DNA of 64,000 nucleotides, taken from Phoronis australis (lineage: Eukaryota > Animalia > Phoronida). The translations under genes and the position numbers were made by a program. Under the pieces are notes generated by a model. It made no database searches. It was not told where the DNA came from and saw only the letters and a list, made by a program, of their open reading frames with translations. This document shows positions 26,241 through 37,988 of the stretch, piece by piece. The stretch's first letter is position 1; the number at the start of each line of letters is the position of its first letter. The stretch lies in NCBI GenBank assembly GCA_002633005.1, contig NMRA01000043.1, positions 246,857 through 310,856 of the forward strand, read 5' to 3'.

Positions 26241-27496
26241 TCATTTATATATTTATTTAAATAGGATTGGGATTCCAGCGCGTGGCTGCGCTCCAAATTA
26301 GTGGCGATTTGTATTTCATCACGGAGGACATTATACCGGCCATCGACAAATGACTCCGCGAAACTAAAACATTGCAAACACTATACACTACACTGAATTT
26401 CGACACCATGTAAAAATTTCTTCAAAAACTTACCACTAGGCGAGTTAACTGTCTTACATCTTGACACCCGTCTGCTTTTCGCTTGTTGTGATCATCAGAG
26501 TAAACACAGGCTTTAGTGAACGAAAGTTTTCTATAAGTAGTTTTTGTTTCCTGCGGTCCCGCTTTTTGCAGTTAACTTACTAAATACACCACTTTTGTCA
26601 CCAATTGAGAATATCTGTACTTCGATTTCCGTGGTGCAATTTTAACATCTTGTTGTCCAGTTGTTTAGGTTTCCCAACGAGTACTTGAACTATCAAGGGG
26701 AAGCTGCATGGTACATGTAGCTCCATTTTTTAAGGTCCTTTCTGGGTTTCTGGCCTACTACTTCCTGTGTAAAATTTATCTTTCACGGGTCATTGGGTAT
26801 TCAGTGCAGCACAATTGTTGGTTTTAAATCAGTTTAAGCCCGCCGATACCTTGAAAATCTAACTGTCTCAAAAACACCCCGGCCAACCCGCGATCGAGAA
26901 CGACCGGAAGGCGATCGAGAACGAAATTTGGCGCGAGAAGCGAAGCCAGAAAATGTAAGTAAATTTGATGAATTTTTGGTTGTTCTGAGCTTCAATACGA
27001 AAACAGAGACATGAGTTCAAGGCGTAACACATTGAGGAAGGCCAGGTAGAAGTTTAGGCTTGTGTCTCGTCCAAATATTGGAGAAAAGTTACGTTAACCG
27101 ATGCATCGCTTGAGCCGAAGGTGATTTGTATGTCATTTTTGCAGATTTTGGTTATTTTTGGTTCTATATCAATATATTAATCATGAAGTTATGAAGAAAT
27201 GACGTATGAAAATGTAACCCAACGCCTGTTTTCCGTAGCATTGTCAAGATCTCTGATTTATGAACCTTTTTCTGTTAAAAGAAGCGATCGAGAACGCAAT
27301 GATAAGCGATCGGGAACGCACATATGAGCTCGCTAAAGCGATCGGGAACGCATTGCGATGTGTTGAACAATAATGAACATTTCAGTAATAAAGAGTTTTA
27401 AAAGTTACAAAACAAGTGTGGTTCAATGAATTAATGATATTTTGCATCATTACTGTGTTACTTTCGTGTCAAAAACTAAATTTCATAGCATAGCAT

Positions 27497-27784
27497 CCCT
27501 TACCAAAAAGGCCTCCTGCAAACACTTGCAGCAAGCTTGCCGCAAAAGTTTCTGCAAACCAGCCACAAACACATGGAATGATCTGTTGTAAGTTGCCTGC
27601 AACCCAGCTGCAAACATTGCAGCAAGCTTGCTGCATGTTTGCCGCTAGCATGCAGCAAACTTTCACTATGCAAATGAAGTTTGCAGCAAGCTTGCAGCAA
27701 ACACCTCCATGTCCTTATTTGGAACAGTTCCTGCAAGGCAGCTGCACACATTGCTGCAAGCTTGCTGCAAACATCTTCATGGGG
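27497..27784. mobile_element. EnSpm/CACTA-like MITE in intron 1 of the large element
   Basis: CCC...GGG ends and multiple direct/inverted tgcagcaagcttgc motifs. TSD not clear. Confidence 0.55.
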
Positions 27785-28202
27785 TTATATAGAAGTTTCT
27801 GCGAACCACCTGAAAAAATATTGCTGATTACTATTTTTGCTTCCCAATATGGTTTCATGAAAGACCAGTCTACTGAATGGGCTTTTGTTGAAGTTGTATG
27901 TTGAAATTTGCAATATTTCGACTAGGGATATCATCCAACAGCAACATTCATTTAGCTAAGGCATCAAACATAAATTAAACCTTTCCATTCTACAATATTT
28001 CTTAGATGCTGAAAAGAACAATTCTACTCCAGACCAATCTGCATTGCACCAATCAGTGGTGTTGCATAGGGATCATGGGATGATCGCTCCACTTTTCTTC
28101 CTTAGCATATATTTCCATAAAATCACCATGAGCACTACAAGTACAGCAAGTGTTATATTTTAGTTATGGATATTTTCACAAATGATTTTATTTTTATTTC
28201 AG

Positions 28203-30020
28203 GAAACAATTTCATTGTTATTATTGCCCGGCAAGCTTCAACGACCATGAAAAAATCATTGCCCACGCTGTGGCGGTGCACCCTTCCAGGGTTTTAAAGT
28301 ACAGGCGTCTCCTTTTAGATGAAACTACTGGGAAAATGGGACTCCAAATTAAGACGCACCCAGGAGTTATTCCACAAGACGTATCAGCTGGGGGAAAACA
28401 AATTGTTGCGGCTGATGAAAGTGAGTGCCGAATATTTTTACAAAACTGCGACAACAAAAGAAAAATACCGAACACGCCAGTGAAGTCAAGCAATGATAGT
28501 GAGTTTGCCAAAGAAAATCTGAAAATAGATGAGACTCCCAGTAATGAAGAATTAGAGTTTGACAAGTTGTGCTTCTTGCTTCCCCAAGTCATAGAGACAA
28601 TTATGAAAGAAAATGGTCTCATGGAATCTTACGTGAAACTGAATGAACTTCTTGCCTCAGGTAGACTGCCTTTGAACAACATATGTTTCCTACTATTCCT
28701 GGATATAGTCGAGTGGTTTTCGGTAGCAAACACTTCCAAAATGCGTTACCAAAACCCACAAACTCTTAGGTTCTGGGAAATTGGCTACCAGCTATTTCAT
28801 GGAAAGTTCATCAGATTTATGTCTGGACAACGAAATACAGGTCAGATTTTAGATCAGTCAACATCAAGGGGAGAGTATAGCCCAGATGAATCCAAAGTGA
28901 ACTTTGCGGTGCCATCTCTGACTACAATACAACATAACCTTTCTAAAAGGAGTCCGTTTTTTCCAGGAATAAACAGGCTGACAATTGAAAATATAGCCCA
29001 CACTTATGAAAGCTCTCCTGTAATTTTAGCTGTGGATGGAAAAAAAATAAGTCGCGGAAAGGGCAAACGCATGGGGGATATTGAACTGTGGGGTTTTGAA
29101 CCAAAGCCAACTCTTCAGGAAAGACTGAACCAAGTTGAAAGGGAAGTGGAATTCGTGAATGAGCTAACCAAAGAAACGGATAGACTAATGACCTATAGTG
29201 TTCAGACCATTAGTGCAATACCCTCAACATCACGTGAAAAAATTCATTCCGGACTCGTTGAATTGATTAAGTTCATAGGATATCGTAATAAAACAATGAG
29301 AGACACTGAACAGACGCTAATCCGCTCTGAAGAGAAGTTCAAGCGACTCGGCGGAGATGACTGGATGAAATCCAAGTATTTCCCGGTCATCTCTTTGATG
29401 AGGACAAAACGCAGTGAAATTTGTGCCCACCTAAAAGAAGGTCTTCAGCTGTCAGACGAGATCACAAAATTGGGAATTGACCTAAATGGGAAATCAAACC
29501 TTTATTCCGAGAAGTTAGTTAAGCTTGCAGAACAACAGAACTTTTATTCACTGAACCCGAACTTCAATAAGTCGACTGATCCACGTTATATGCAACAAAG
29601 AACCCCGGAGTGGTTTTCTTTGCGCAGCGAAGCGAAAGTTACTGGAAGTACAGCCAATTGTGCACTCGGCTTAGAGACCTTAAAAAGACAAAAAGAACAT
29701 TTTCACCAAGTAATTCACGGCATAGAAAAACCTCGTCACAGTGCACTTAACACTCAGAGAATGCTTTATGGAACTGAACACGAACTGGATGCAGTCGCAA
29801 CAATGACATCTAAAGTGTTGCCGTTTCTGTTTCCAGAACTGAGCTATTATGAAGAAGGATGCCAAACAATAACTCACGGCGACAAAGCAGCATTCATGGT
29901 AGTGAGTTCGGATGGCAGTCTCAGAACAAATGATAATGCAGAACCAATAATGATGTATGAAAACAAGTGCAAAGCACCCCAGTCCTATAATCCTAACGCA
30001 TACTACAAGATTCCTAAATA
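28203..30020 (+). CDS. Main open exon: C2H2 finger, first catalytic-Asp strand, coiled region, YqaJ-like (lambda exonuclease, PD-(D/E)xK) domain
   Basis: About 605 codons open from the acceptor ttttatttcag (28202) to the gap. YqaJ motifs QRTxEWF, TGS, G.xxE, SxDG, ExKC, IPxY. Confidence 0.85.
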
Positions 30021-31207
30021 NNNNNNNNNNNNNNNNNNNNNNNNNNNNNNNNNNNNNNNNNNNNNNNNNNNNNNNNNNNNNNNNNNNNNNNNNNNNNNNN
30101 NNNNNNNNNNNNNNNNNNNNNNNNNNNNNNNNNNNNNNNNNNNNNNNNNNNNNNNNNNNNNNNNNNNNNNNNNNNNNNNNNNNNNNNNNNNNNNNNNNNN
30201 NNNNNNNNNNNNNNNNNNNNNNNNNNNNNNNNNNNNNNNNNNNNNNNNNNNNNNNNNNNNNNNNNNNNNNNNNNNNNNNNNNNNNNNNNNNNNNNNNNNN
30301 NNNNNNNNNNNNNNNNNNNNNNNNNNNNNNNNNNNNNNNNNNNNNNNNNNNNNNNNNNNNNNNNNNNNNNNNNNNNNNNNNNNNNNNNNNNNNNNNNNNN
30401 NNNNNNNNNNNNNNNNNNNNNNNNNNNNNNNNNNNNNNNNNNNNNNNNNNNNNNNNNNNNNNNNNNNNNNNNNNNNNNNNNNNNNNNNNNNNNNNNNNNN
30501 NNNNNNNNNNNNNNNNNNNNNNNNNNNNNNNNNNNNNNNNNNNNNNNNNNNNNNNNNNNNNNNNNNNNNNNNNNNNNNNNNNNNNNNNNNNNNNNNNNNN
30601 NNNNNNNNNNNNNNNNNNNNNNNNNNNNNNNNNNNNNNNNNNNNNNNNNNNNNNNNNNNNNNNNNNNNNNNNNNNNNNNNNNNNNNNNNNNNNNNNNNNN
30701 NNNNNNNNNNNNNNNNNNNNNNNNNNNNNNNNNNNNNNNNNNNNNNNNNNNNNNNNNNNNNNNNNNNNNNNNCAATTAGTAATAATACTTGTATTACAAT
30801 CAAAATTGTGTCTTGAGAGAACAACTTGAATGTATGCCAAGCTTTAATTACAATATACCGAGATGTTTTATTCTTAACGCACGACAAAATCTATAATAAT
30901 TGCAACAACGATATTATTTACTTGACTAAACTAACAACAGCAACACAGAGCGTTGAAATGCACCCAACGGGATGTTTATTAGCATTGAAAATGGCGCAAA
31001 ATATGTCGAATGCCAGTGGAGAAAACCATGAAATCTGACTTTCCCCCGTGGAAAGGCATGCTTAGAACAGCATGTCGAGCATATTTAAGCATTTTATTTT
31101 AAATTACCTCATTACTTGTCAACTGAAAAAAATCACTCTTAAAAATTATAAACATATTTATTTTTCCCATGTTCATCTAAAATACTTGAAAACTGGCGAA
31201 TACTTCA

Positions 31208-31850
31208 TCGATTACTATTTTTGCTTCCCAATATGGTTTCATGATACATCAGTCTACTGAATGGGCTATCATTGAACTTGTAGGCCTATGTTGAAATTTG
31301 TATTATTTCGACTATAGCGATATCATCCAATAACATCATTCATTTATCTAAGGCATCAACCATAAATTATACCTTTCTATTCTACAATATTACCATGGTG
31401 TTGAAAAGAACAACTACAGAGGTTATATCCAGTTATTACCATACTAGTGGACGTTCTAAACACATTCTACTCCAGACTAATCTGCATTACAGCAATCGGA
31501 GGAGTTCCATAGGGTACATATGGGATGATCGCTAGTGTTTTCATCCATGTTTGTTCGACCCAACTTTGAGATGCTGTGTACGCCATTTGTTCCGGTGTTT
31601 TCAACTCAAACTTGTTGCCTCGTAACCTCTGCAGTGTCTCTAAGTGGACGTTCTAAACACATTCTACTCCAGACTAATCTGCATTACAGCAATCGGAGGT
31701 GTTCCATAGGGTTCATATAGGATGATCGCTATTGTTTTCATCCATGTTTGTTTGACCCAACCTTGAGATGCTGTGTACGCCATATTTGTTCCGGTGTTTT
31801 CAACTCAAACTGGTTGCCTCGTAACCTCTGCAGTGTCTCTGGCTTTCATC
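31208..31850 (+). repeat. Intronic repeat: diverged copy of 27825-28088 plus ~200-bp tandem duplication (31446-31840)
   Basis: gattactatttttgcttcccaatatggtttcatga...attctactccagac shared. agtggacgttctaaacac...gcagtgtctct x2. Confidence 0.85.
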
Positions 31851-34800
31851 AAGTACATTATGTCACTCAATATTCACAAACCTAAAATATGAATGCCATT
31901 TCACTTTCCACATAAAGGCATTTGTGATAGCATTATTAGAATCTCCATTACGTTTTAAGTCAAACTTTTGCTCTTCTGCTCATGTATGAACAGACAGTTA
32001 AACTTGTGTTCAATAGTTTGACTGCAGACTGAGAATGCGTATGACTGAAGGTGATGGCAGTTAAAACACCTACCAGTAGTTAAATATACAACATGCTAAT
32101 CTTATTTTGTACCCAATAATTACCATGCATTTAACCAAAATAAAAATTTGTTGTTCCTATTGTGAATCAAACAATCAGAGAGCGATGTGAAAATTGACAC
32201 AAACTTAAGTTTTACAGTCTCAATTAAGTGGACTGGTTACATGTAAAACTATTGACAATGTTTTGGAAACTAGTTGATTCTGGTCTCAACCCCAGTTAAC
32301 TCATTTGAAATCTGTGCTGTACTTTTCCCTAACCATTATAACCTCCAATTTGGCTGAATCAGTAAGAAAATCAACTTGCTTTTGTTTGCAAGACCAAAAC
32401 TACTGATTCATGAATGAAGTCTAAGTAATTTTACTTAACAATCACATCAATATAAATACAATTTTAAATTCAGAACTCACATCCATACAGTTCTTCAGTT
32501 ATCCATGTAGAGTCTAGGCTGTACCAAAACCGTTTGAATTTGGTTCAAATGAAAGCTTATAGGTCACTTCCCAGGCATGTAACCTTGACAACCACATGCT
32601 TTCCTTGATAACAGTCCCACCAGATCAACATGTGGCTGGGCTAGCATAATTTAAATAAACAATCAACAGCCCCTGAGGCATTAAACATTAATGTAATTCA
32701 AGAGGCATTCCTTGAAAACTGTCCTAGCAATTCAACATGTAGGTGGGCTAGTATGATTAAAGTGAACAATAACCCTAGAAGCATAAAACAATAATATAAG
32801 GACACTNAAAACACCTCTCTCGAAACTCTAAATGCTGTTGAAAATGTAATTGAAAGCTCAGTAACAAATAACGTGCAGAATTCGCATGAGTTCCTTGGAC
32901 AGGACTATTTTGTCGAACCATGGTTGTTCCAAGAAGAACCAGGTGCTGCACAAAGTTTTGGTGTAACATCTGACGTGCTCTCTGGGGCTTTTGAGGCCAT
33001 GTACAGTAGTGGCCATGACGACTTCTATGTGCAAACTGTGATCGATATGAGTGTTGATAAAATACCTTTAAGAAGAGATGGTGACCATATGGAATTGGGC
33101 GAAGAAAATCTCAACTACACAGTATATCCCAGTGATGACAACACATGTGCGGACACAGAACATGTACTTGAAAGTAAGGAGAATGGAAATGCGGAGCTAT
33201 TAGTTTCTGAGAATCGTTACACTGTGGACACTGCAACGTCTGAATCCATGCTGAATGCTTTAAAAGCAAATGAAAAGGCTGAAAACTATCATAAATGGTC
33301 ACAAAAAAACTGTTGAAGACTTCAAAAGACTTTTTGCATGTAAGACCATGTGCACTTGCAACAAGGCACTCCACAAGTTTGAACTCCAAATGTGTCTACA
33401 AGTGTTACGTGTGCAGCACGGTGTTTGTTTTGACATTAAACCCTCAAAGAAGGAGCTAGTTTAGTTGTTCACGTCTACATTGAACTTTGGGGTAAATCCC
33501 CCTAATAGGAAGTATCATCAGCGCAATCGAAGTGTTTGCTCACTTAGAAAAATGTGTTGTTCTGTTTTGGAACGTGCATCAAAACAAGAGCTTGCTAAGA
33601 TTCTCGCAGAAAACACATGGGATAAAGCTTTACAGCAGTGGATTGAATCTGGACCATTGTACCTCACTTCATGTTTTCTTGATAGTGAAAATAGTATGAA
33701 GAATTGGTTTTCTCGTCCAAATACCGACCATTACGGCAAGAACAGGTTCCACTTCACCGACGCCTGTCACATTTTGACNTGCTCACTTAGAAAAATGTGT
33801 TGTTCTGTTTTAGAACGTGCATCAAAACAAGAGCTTGCTAAGATTCTCGCTAGCACAAAACATGGGATAAAGCTTTACAACAGTGGATTGAATCTGGACC
33901 ATTGTACCACACTTCATGTTTTCTTGATAGTGAAAATAGTATGAAGAATTGGTTTTCTCGTCCAAATACTGACCATTACGGCAAGAACAGGTTCCACTTC
34001 ACCGACGCCTGTCACATTTTGACTTGTATTAGGACAAAACTCTGTACTACTGGAATTGCTGGTTTAAAGCGAAAAGCATGGGAAGATGTTGCTCTATCTC
34101 GCAAAACCCATCTCAATATTGCTGTGATTGAGGATTGCGTTGACAAGCAAGACGTAGCTTTAGCAAGACGTGTATTTTCCAGGGATGTTCAAGAAAATAT
34201 GCTTGACGAATATGTCAACGAGAAAGAATTTTGTGAGGTAATACGAAACTGGTTTGATGTCGAGGACGAGCCTGCCATACCTGCTGCTGAAAGATGCATC
34301 CGAAGGCTTCGACTTAGAAAATGGCTTTTAGAAGAATTTGCAGTGAACACGTTTCCGCCACAAACCCGATATATCAGAGGCATACCGATACAGACTTTAG
34401 AGGCATTGTTGGTGCACTTGGAAAGGAAAATGCAAATTTTCCCTTTCTGCAGAAATCAAACATATAATATTCATGCAATAGGTTCTCAGCAGGTGGAAAA
34501 CTTCTTTTCAACATTCCGAGATATGGACTCCACTGGACAAGGGACACCAAAACCAGACTCCATTCCTCATATGATGACAGCAGTTGCAGATTTAGACTAC
34601 TGCAGAATTGACCCAAGCAGGTAAGCATGATTTAGAATCAAGCTTGTTTCCTACACATGATTAACTGTAAATTACGCGGACATATCAACTCTCATGTTTG
34701 ATATTCTACAAAAGTGTTTTTTCAGTTAAAATTTTGAAGATGTGGCAACAAAACGCTCCGTGAATAAAAAAGGAAAAAATTTTTCACATACCTATCCTCT

Positions 34801-36370
34801 GAGCTGTGACGGTAAAAAAGTTTTGAGGGCGATGTAAGTGTAAATTTATTTTCACACAAGGGCTCGTACGTATAATCAAAATAGTAAGGAACTAGTTGAA
34901 CTGTAAGAAATTATATTAATTTAACAATTAGCTTGTCATGTTTTGTAAGAGGTGCCACTAAGAATTTAAATTGTTTTAAATTCATTCACGTTTACATGTT
35001 TAATCTTCTATAAAACCCCCTACTTGGTTTCAGATCATTCTATATGTCAACCACACGAGCCGGAGTGTATCCAATGATACAATTTGAGTCCGATGAAACC
35101 CAAGAATGTTTTCACGGCCAAACGCAAGGCATTCATTCTGCATTAGTTTTTAGTCTGATAACTCCAAGGTTAGTGTTATGTGATACACGTTAACTGTAAT
35201 TTTTTCTGTAGTCAACTTTTTCTTTTTTCGTCTTCATCTATTCGTTATCATAATGTCGCGTATTATAGTGCTGATAAAGGCACGTAAAGCACCATTGTTT
35301 TAAAAAATATTCAAATCGTGGCATTGTCAAATAAGCAAGGTCTTCATGAGCGCCGGGTCAAAAATACCCTTCAATAAATAAACGTCCAAGCGCTTATGCG
35401 TCCTATTACGGTATTTCCACTACTTTGAAAACAGTGGCAAGTGTAATGCAGCTCACAGGCTAGCGTCGAAAGCTTTAAAGGAGGATTGATTATTCATAAA
35501 ATTTTGAGACCTCATAAGGTCGTAACCCTTTNTTGATTACTCATTAAATTTTGAGACGTCATAAGGTCGTAACCCTTTCATTCTCTTCAGTAGACGACGA
35601 TACAAAATCCAAGATTCCTTTTTCCAGGGACCATTACTTTGATTCAGTGCAAAGAGATCGGAAGAAGCATCTTCGGAAAGGAGGGAAAGTGTCGTTGCCA
35701 AGCGAGTCCGCCCATGGTGAGAAAGGAGTGCGACAACACCATTCGTGAGATGACTCGAAGATACCTGCTCATAAACGACTCGGATTTCAAAATTTGTCAG
35801 AAGTTGTGTAGCCAAAAGTATTATGGTGATAAAAGTGGTGGGATTTTGTTTAATGGTTTACTAATAACATCCATACCGAGTTGAACAGACTGACTTGCTA
35901 CATCCTTGTGACTTGTATGTGTTTTGTGTTCTTGGTCCCGAGTTCACTGTGCTATTTCAGTTCATGGGACATTGAAAAAGAGCGAGAGGAGTTGTAATAC
36001 ACATACTATATTGTGATTTTCTAAAAACGTAGTGACAATGTTGTCTTTAAGTCATTTCAAGACACACTATAGTAACTACACTGGAAATCAACAATATGAA
36101 AGCAAATTCCGTAATAATAGTAATTGTTTAGTCACACATCATCTCAAAATAGGTCATAAAAATATATAAAATATAGCTCTGGGTAATCAACATTACAAAG
36201 GCATTGAACATTGGAATGCATTGCACTTATTATAAACACTTATTTTCTTTTTAAAATCTTATGGTAATAACAATGGCCAATGGCACTTAGTATGTCATTT
36301 GAACATACCTAAACACTACAAAAATGCACTGGTTCTGTTTAAGATACATAAAATAACACAAATGTAGAAA

Positions 36371-36748
36371 CTTTAGAAAAAGGTTCAAAATATCACATCT
36401 GGCAACTGCCAACCATAAACTCTTTTAATCAGAATAAAAACTTAAACAAATTTCACTACTGGACTTAATGAAGCTTCTGTTTTTTGTGCCTACAGTGGGA
36501 GGCATAATGCTTGTACGATTTGCCGCATTCACAACAGAAAGCAGTGACCTCATGTTGTGACGCAATGTGTCGCTTTAGGCTCACTTTCTCTGTGAAGCAT
36601 TGGTTGCAGGCATGACACTGAATTGTCTTGTCTCCTGAGCACAGTGCTTCATGTTGTGACTTTTTGTACCTATCGAAAAACTTCTTGCCACATGAAACAC
36701 ATGAAAATGCTTTGTAGTTTGCGTGCTGGCTCATGTGATCTTGAAACT
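36371..36748 (-). other. Duplicate of the zinc-finger 3' end across a single-n join, probable assembly artefact
   Basis: Near-identical to 36750-37128 and separated by n at 36749. Confidence 0.75.
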
Positions 36749-36843
36749 NCTTTAGAAAAAGGTTCAAAATATCACATCTGGCAACTGCCAACCATAAACT
36801 CTTTTAATCAGAATAAAAACTTAAAAAAATGTCACTACTGGAC

Positions 36844-37923
36844 TTAATGAAGCTTCTGTTTTCTGTGCCTACAGAGGGAGGCATAATGCTTGTACGATTT
36901 GCCGCATTCACAACAGAAAGCAGTGACCTCATGTTGTGACGCGATGTGTCGCTTTAGGCTCACTTTCTGTGTGAAACATTGGTTGCAGGCATGACACTGA
37001 ATTGTCTTGTCTCCTGAGCACAGTGCTTCATGTTGTGACTTTTTGTACCTACTGAAAAACTTCTTGCCACATGAAACACATGAAAATGCTTTGTAGTTTG
37101 CGTGCTGGCTCATGTGATCTTGAAACTTTTGTTTGTCTCACGAACACTTTCCCACAGTCCGTCACTGGGCAGGTGAACGTCTAAGTTGCAGTCCTGTCAC
37201 AATGCTTTGATGCCATGTGGTCAAGCAGTGTTGATTTTTTACTAAACGAAGCTCCAGAAGTCACACATAGTCCTTTGTCACAAGCACTAGTTCTCCTTTT
37301 TGAAGGTGTAGACGTTAAGAAGCTAAAAGACTCATCTTGTGGCAGAAGTTCAACTAAAAAATATCAAAAGCATTTCAGTTATGTGTTAGGTTAAATCTCA
37401 CAAAAATCATGAAAAACAGTGAAGTATAATAAACAATCAACCCACCCGGCGCCTATTTCAGGGTACGTATTAAATGTAAAACTGACATAACACCGTAACT
37501 TGAACGAGTATTCAGGCCAATGCATAGAAAAAGAATGTGCGTTCACGATCGCCATATGAAAGTAACGATTTCGTTCTCGATCGCCGTCTCACACAGGGAC
37601 AAGCTTGTATTGGTAAATATCTCGAATTGTTTCACAAAACATAACTTCGAAAGGTGTCCCCTGGGGCAATGAAGCTCTAAACGTCACACTTCTTTACTTT
37701 AGAACTCTGGAACTGCTAATAACAAGTAAAGGCATTTTATCGGAAGGCATTACTTTCTGGGCCCTTTATTTGATAAAATAAGCAAAAGCCAAGCATCATT
37801 TCATATCGGCAACAAAGGTTAAGCTCTTACGCTTTTCTCTGTGTCGCATTCGTGCCAAAGTAGCCACTATTTAAGAAGAAAATGACACTAAGACTCACCG
37901 GGTACATCATCGTCGTCTGCCAT
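36844..37923 (-). pseudogene. Transposon-borne C2H2 zinc-finger gene (5 fingers), two exons
   Basis: Exon 1 37923-37899 MADDDDVP + gtgagt. Exon 2 37353-36844 after ttttttag, phase 1 matches. Fingers CVTS..H..H (degenerate), CPVTDC, CVSC, CHAC, CCEC. One in-frame TAG (~37181-37183) and one frameshift (~37128). Confidence 0.85.
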
Positions 37924-37988
37924 TTTTGCGGCAAAGTGGCGTTCTCGACCGCTTTCCGGTCGTTCCCGATCGCGGGTTGGCCGGGGTG

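Larger units (their letters stand above)
26953..35811 (+). pseudogene. Transposase-YqaJ exonuclease fusion gene (spliced; damaged and partly in gap)
   Basis: Predicted exons: 26953-26954 (AT), 28203->30020, ~32808-34620, 35034-35168, 35628-35811. Defined junctions have GT/AG sites and consistent phase. Motifs in order: CYYC-x12-H-x4-H; ILAVDGKK; QQRTPEWF...VTGST...GTEHE...SSDG...ENKC (YqaJ); FTDACHILTCIR; DKQDVALARRVFS; SQQVENFFSTFR. Frameshift near 33300, stops at 33464 and 35748. Confidence 0.8.
26875..37988 (+). mobile_element. Large (11.1 kb) unclassified TIR DNA transposon with YqaJ-containing P-like transposase and a convergent C2H2 zinc-finger gene
   Basis: 49-bp TIRs at 26875-26923 and 37940-37988 (3 mismatches), CACCCC...GGGGTG, with A-runs on both flanks. 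It splits one unit of the satellite array. Two inward-facing spliced genes. Confidence 0.9.

Noticed and set aside
28270-30020. Endogenous virus or phage origin for the YqaJ domain
   Set aside because: No other viral genes; the domain is enclosed by TIRs, has spliceosomal introns and is linked to transposase motifs.
36465-37113. Two tandem zinc-finger genes
   Set aside because: The copies meet at a single n and are near-identical; best explained as one gene assembled twice.
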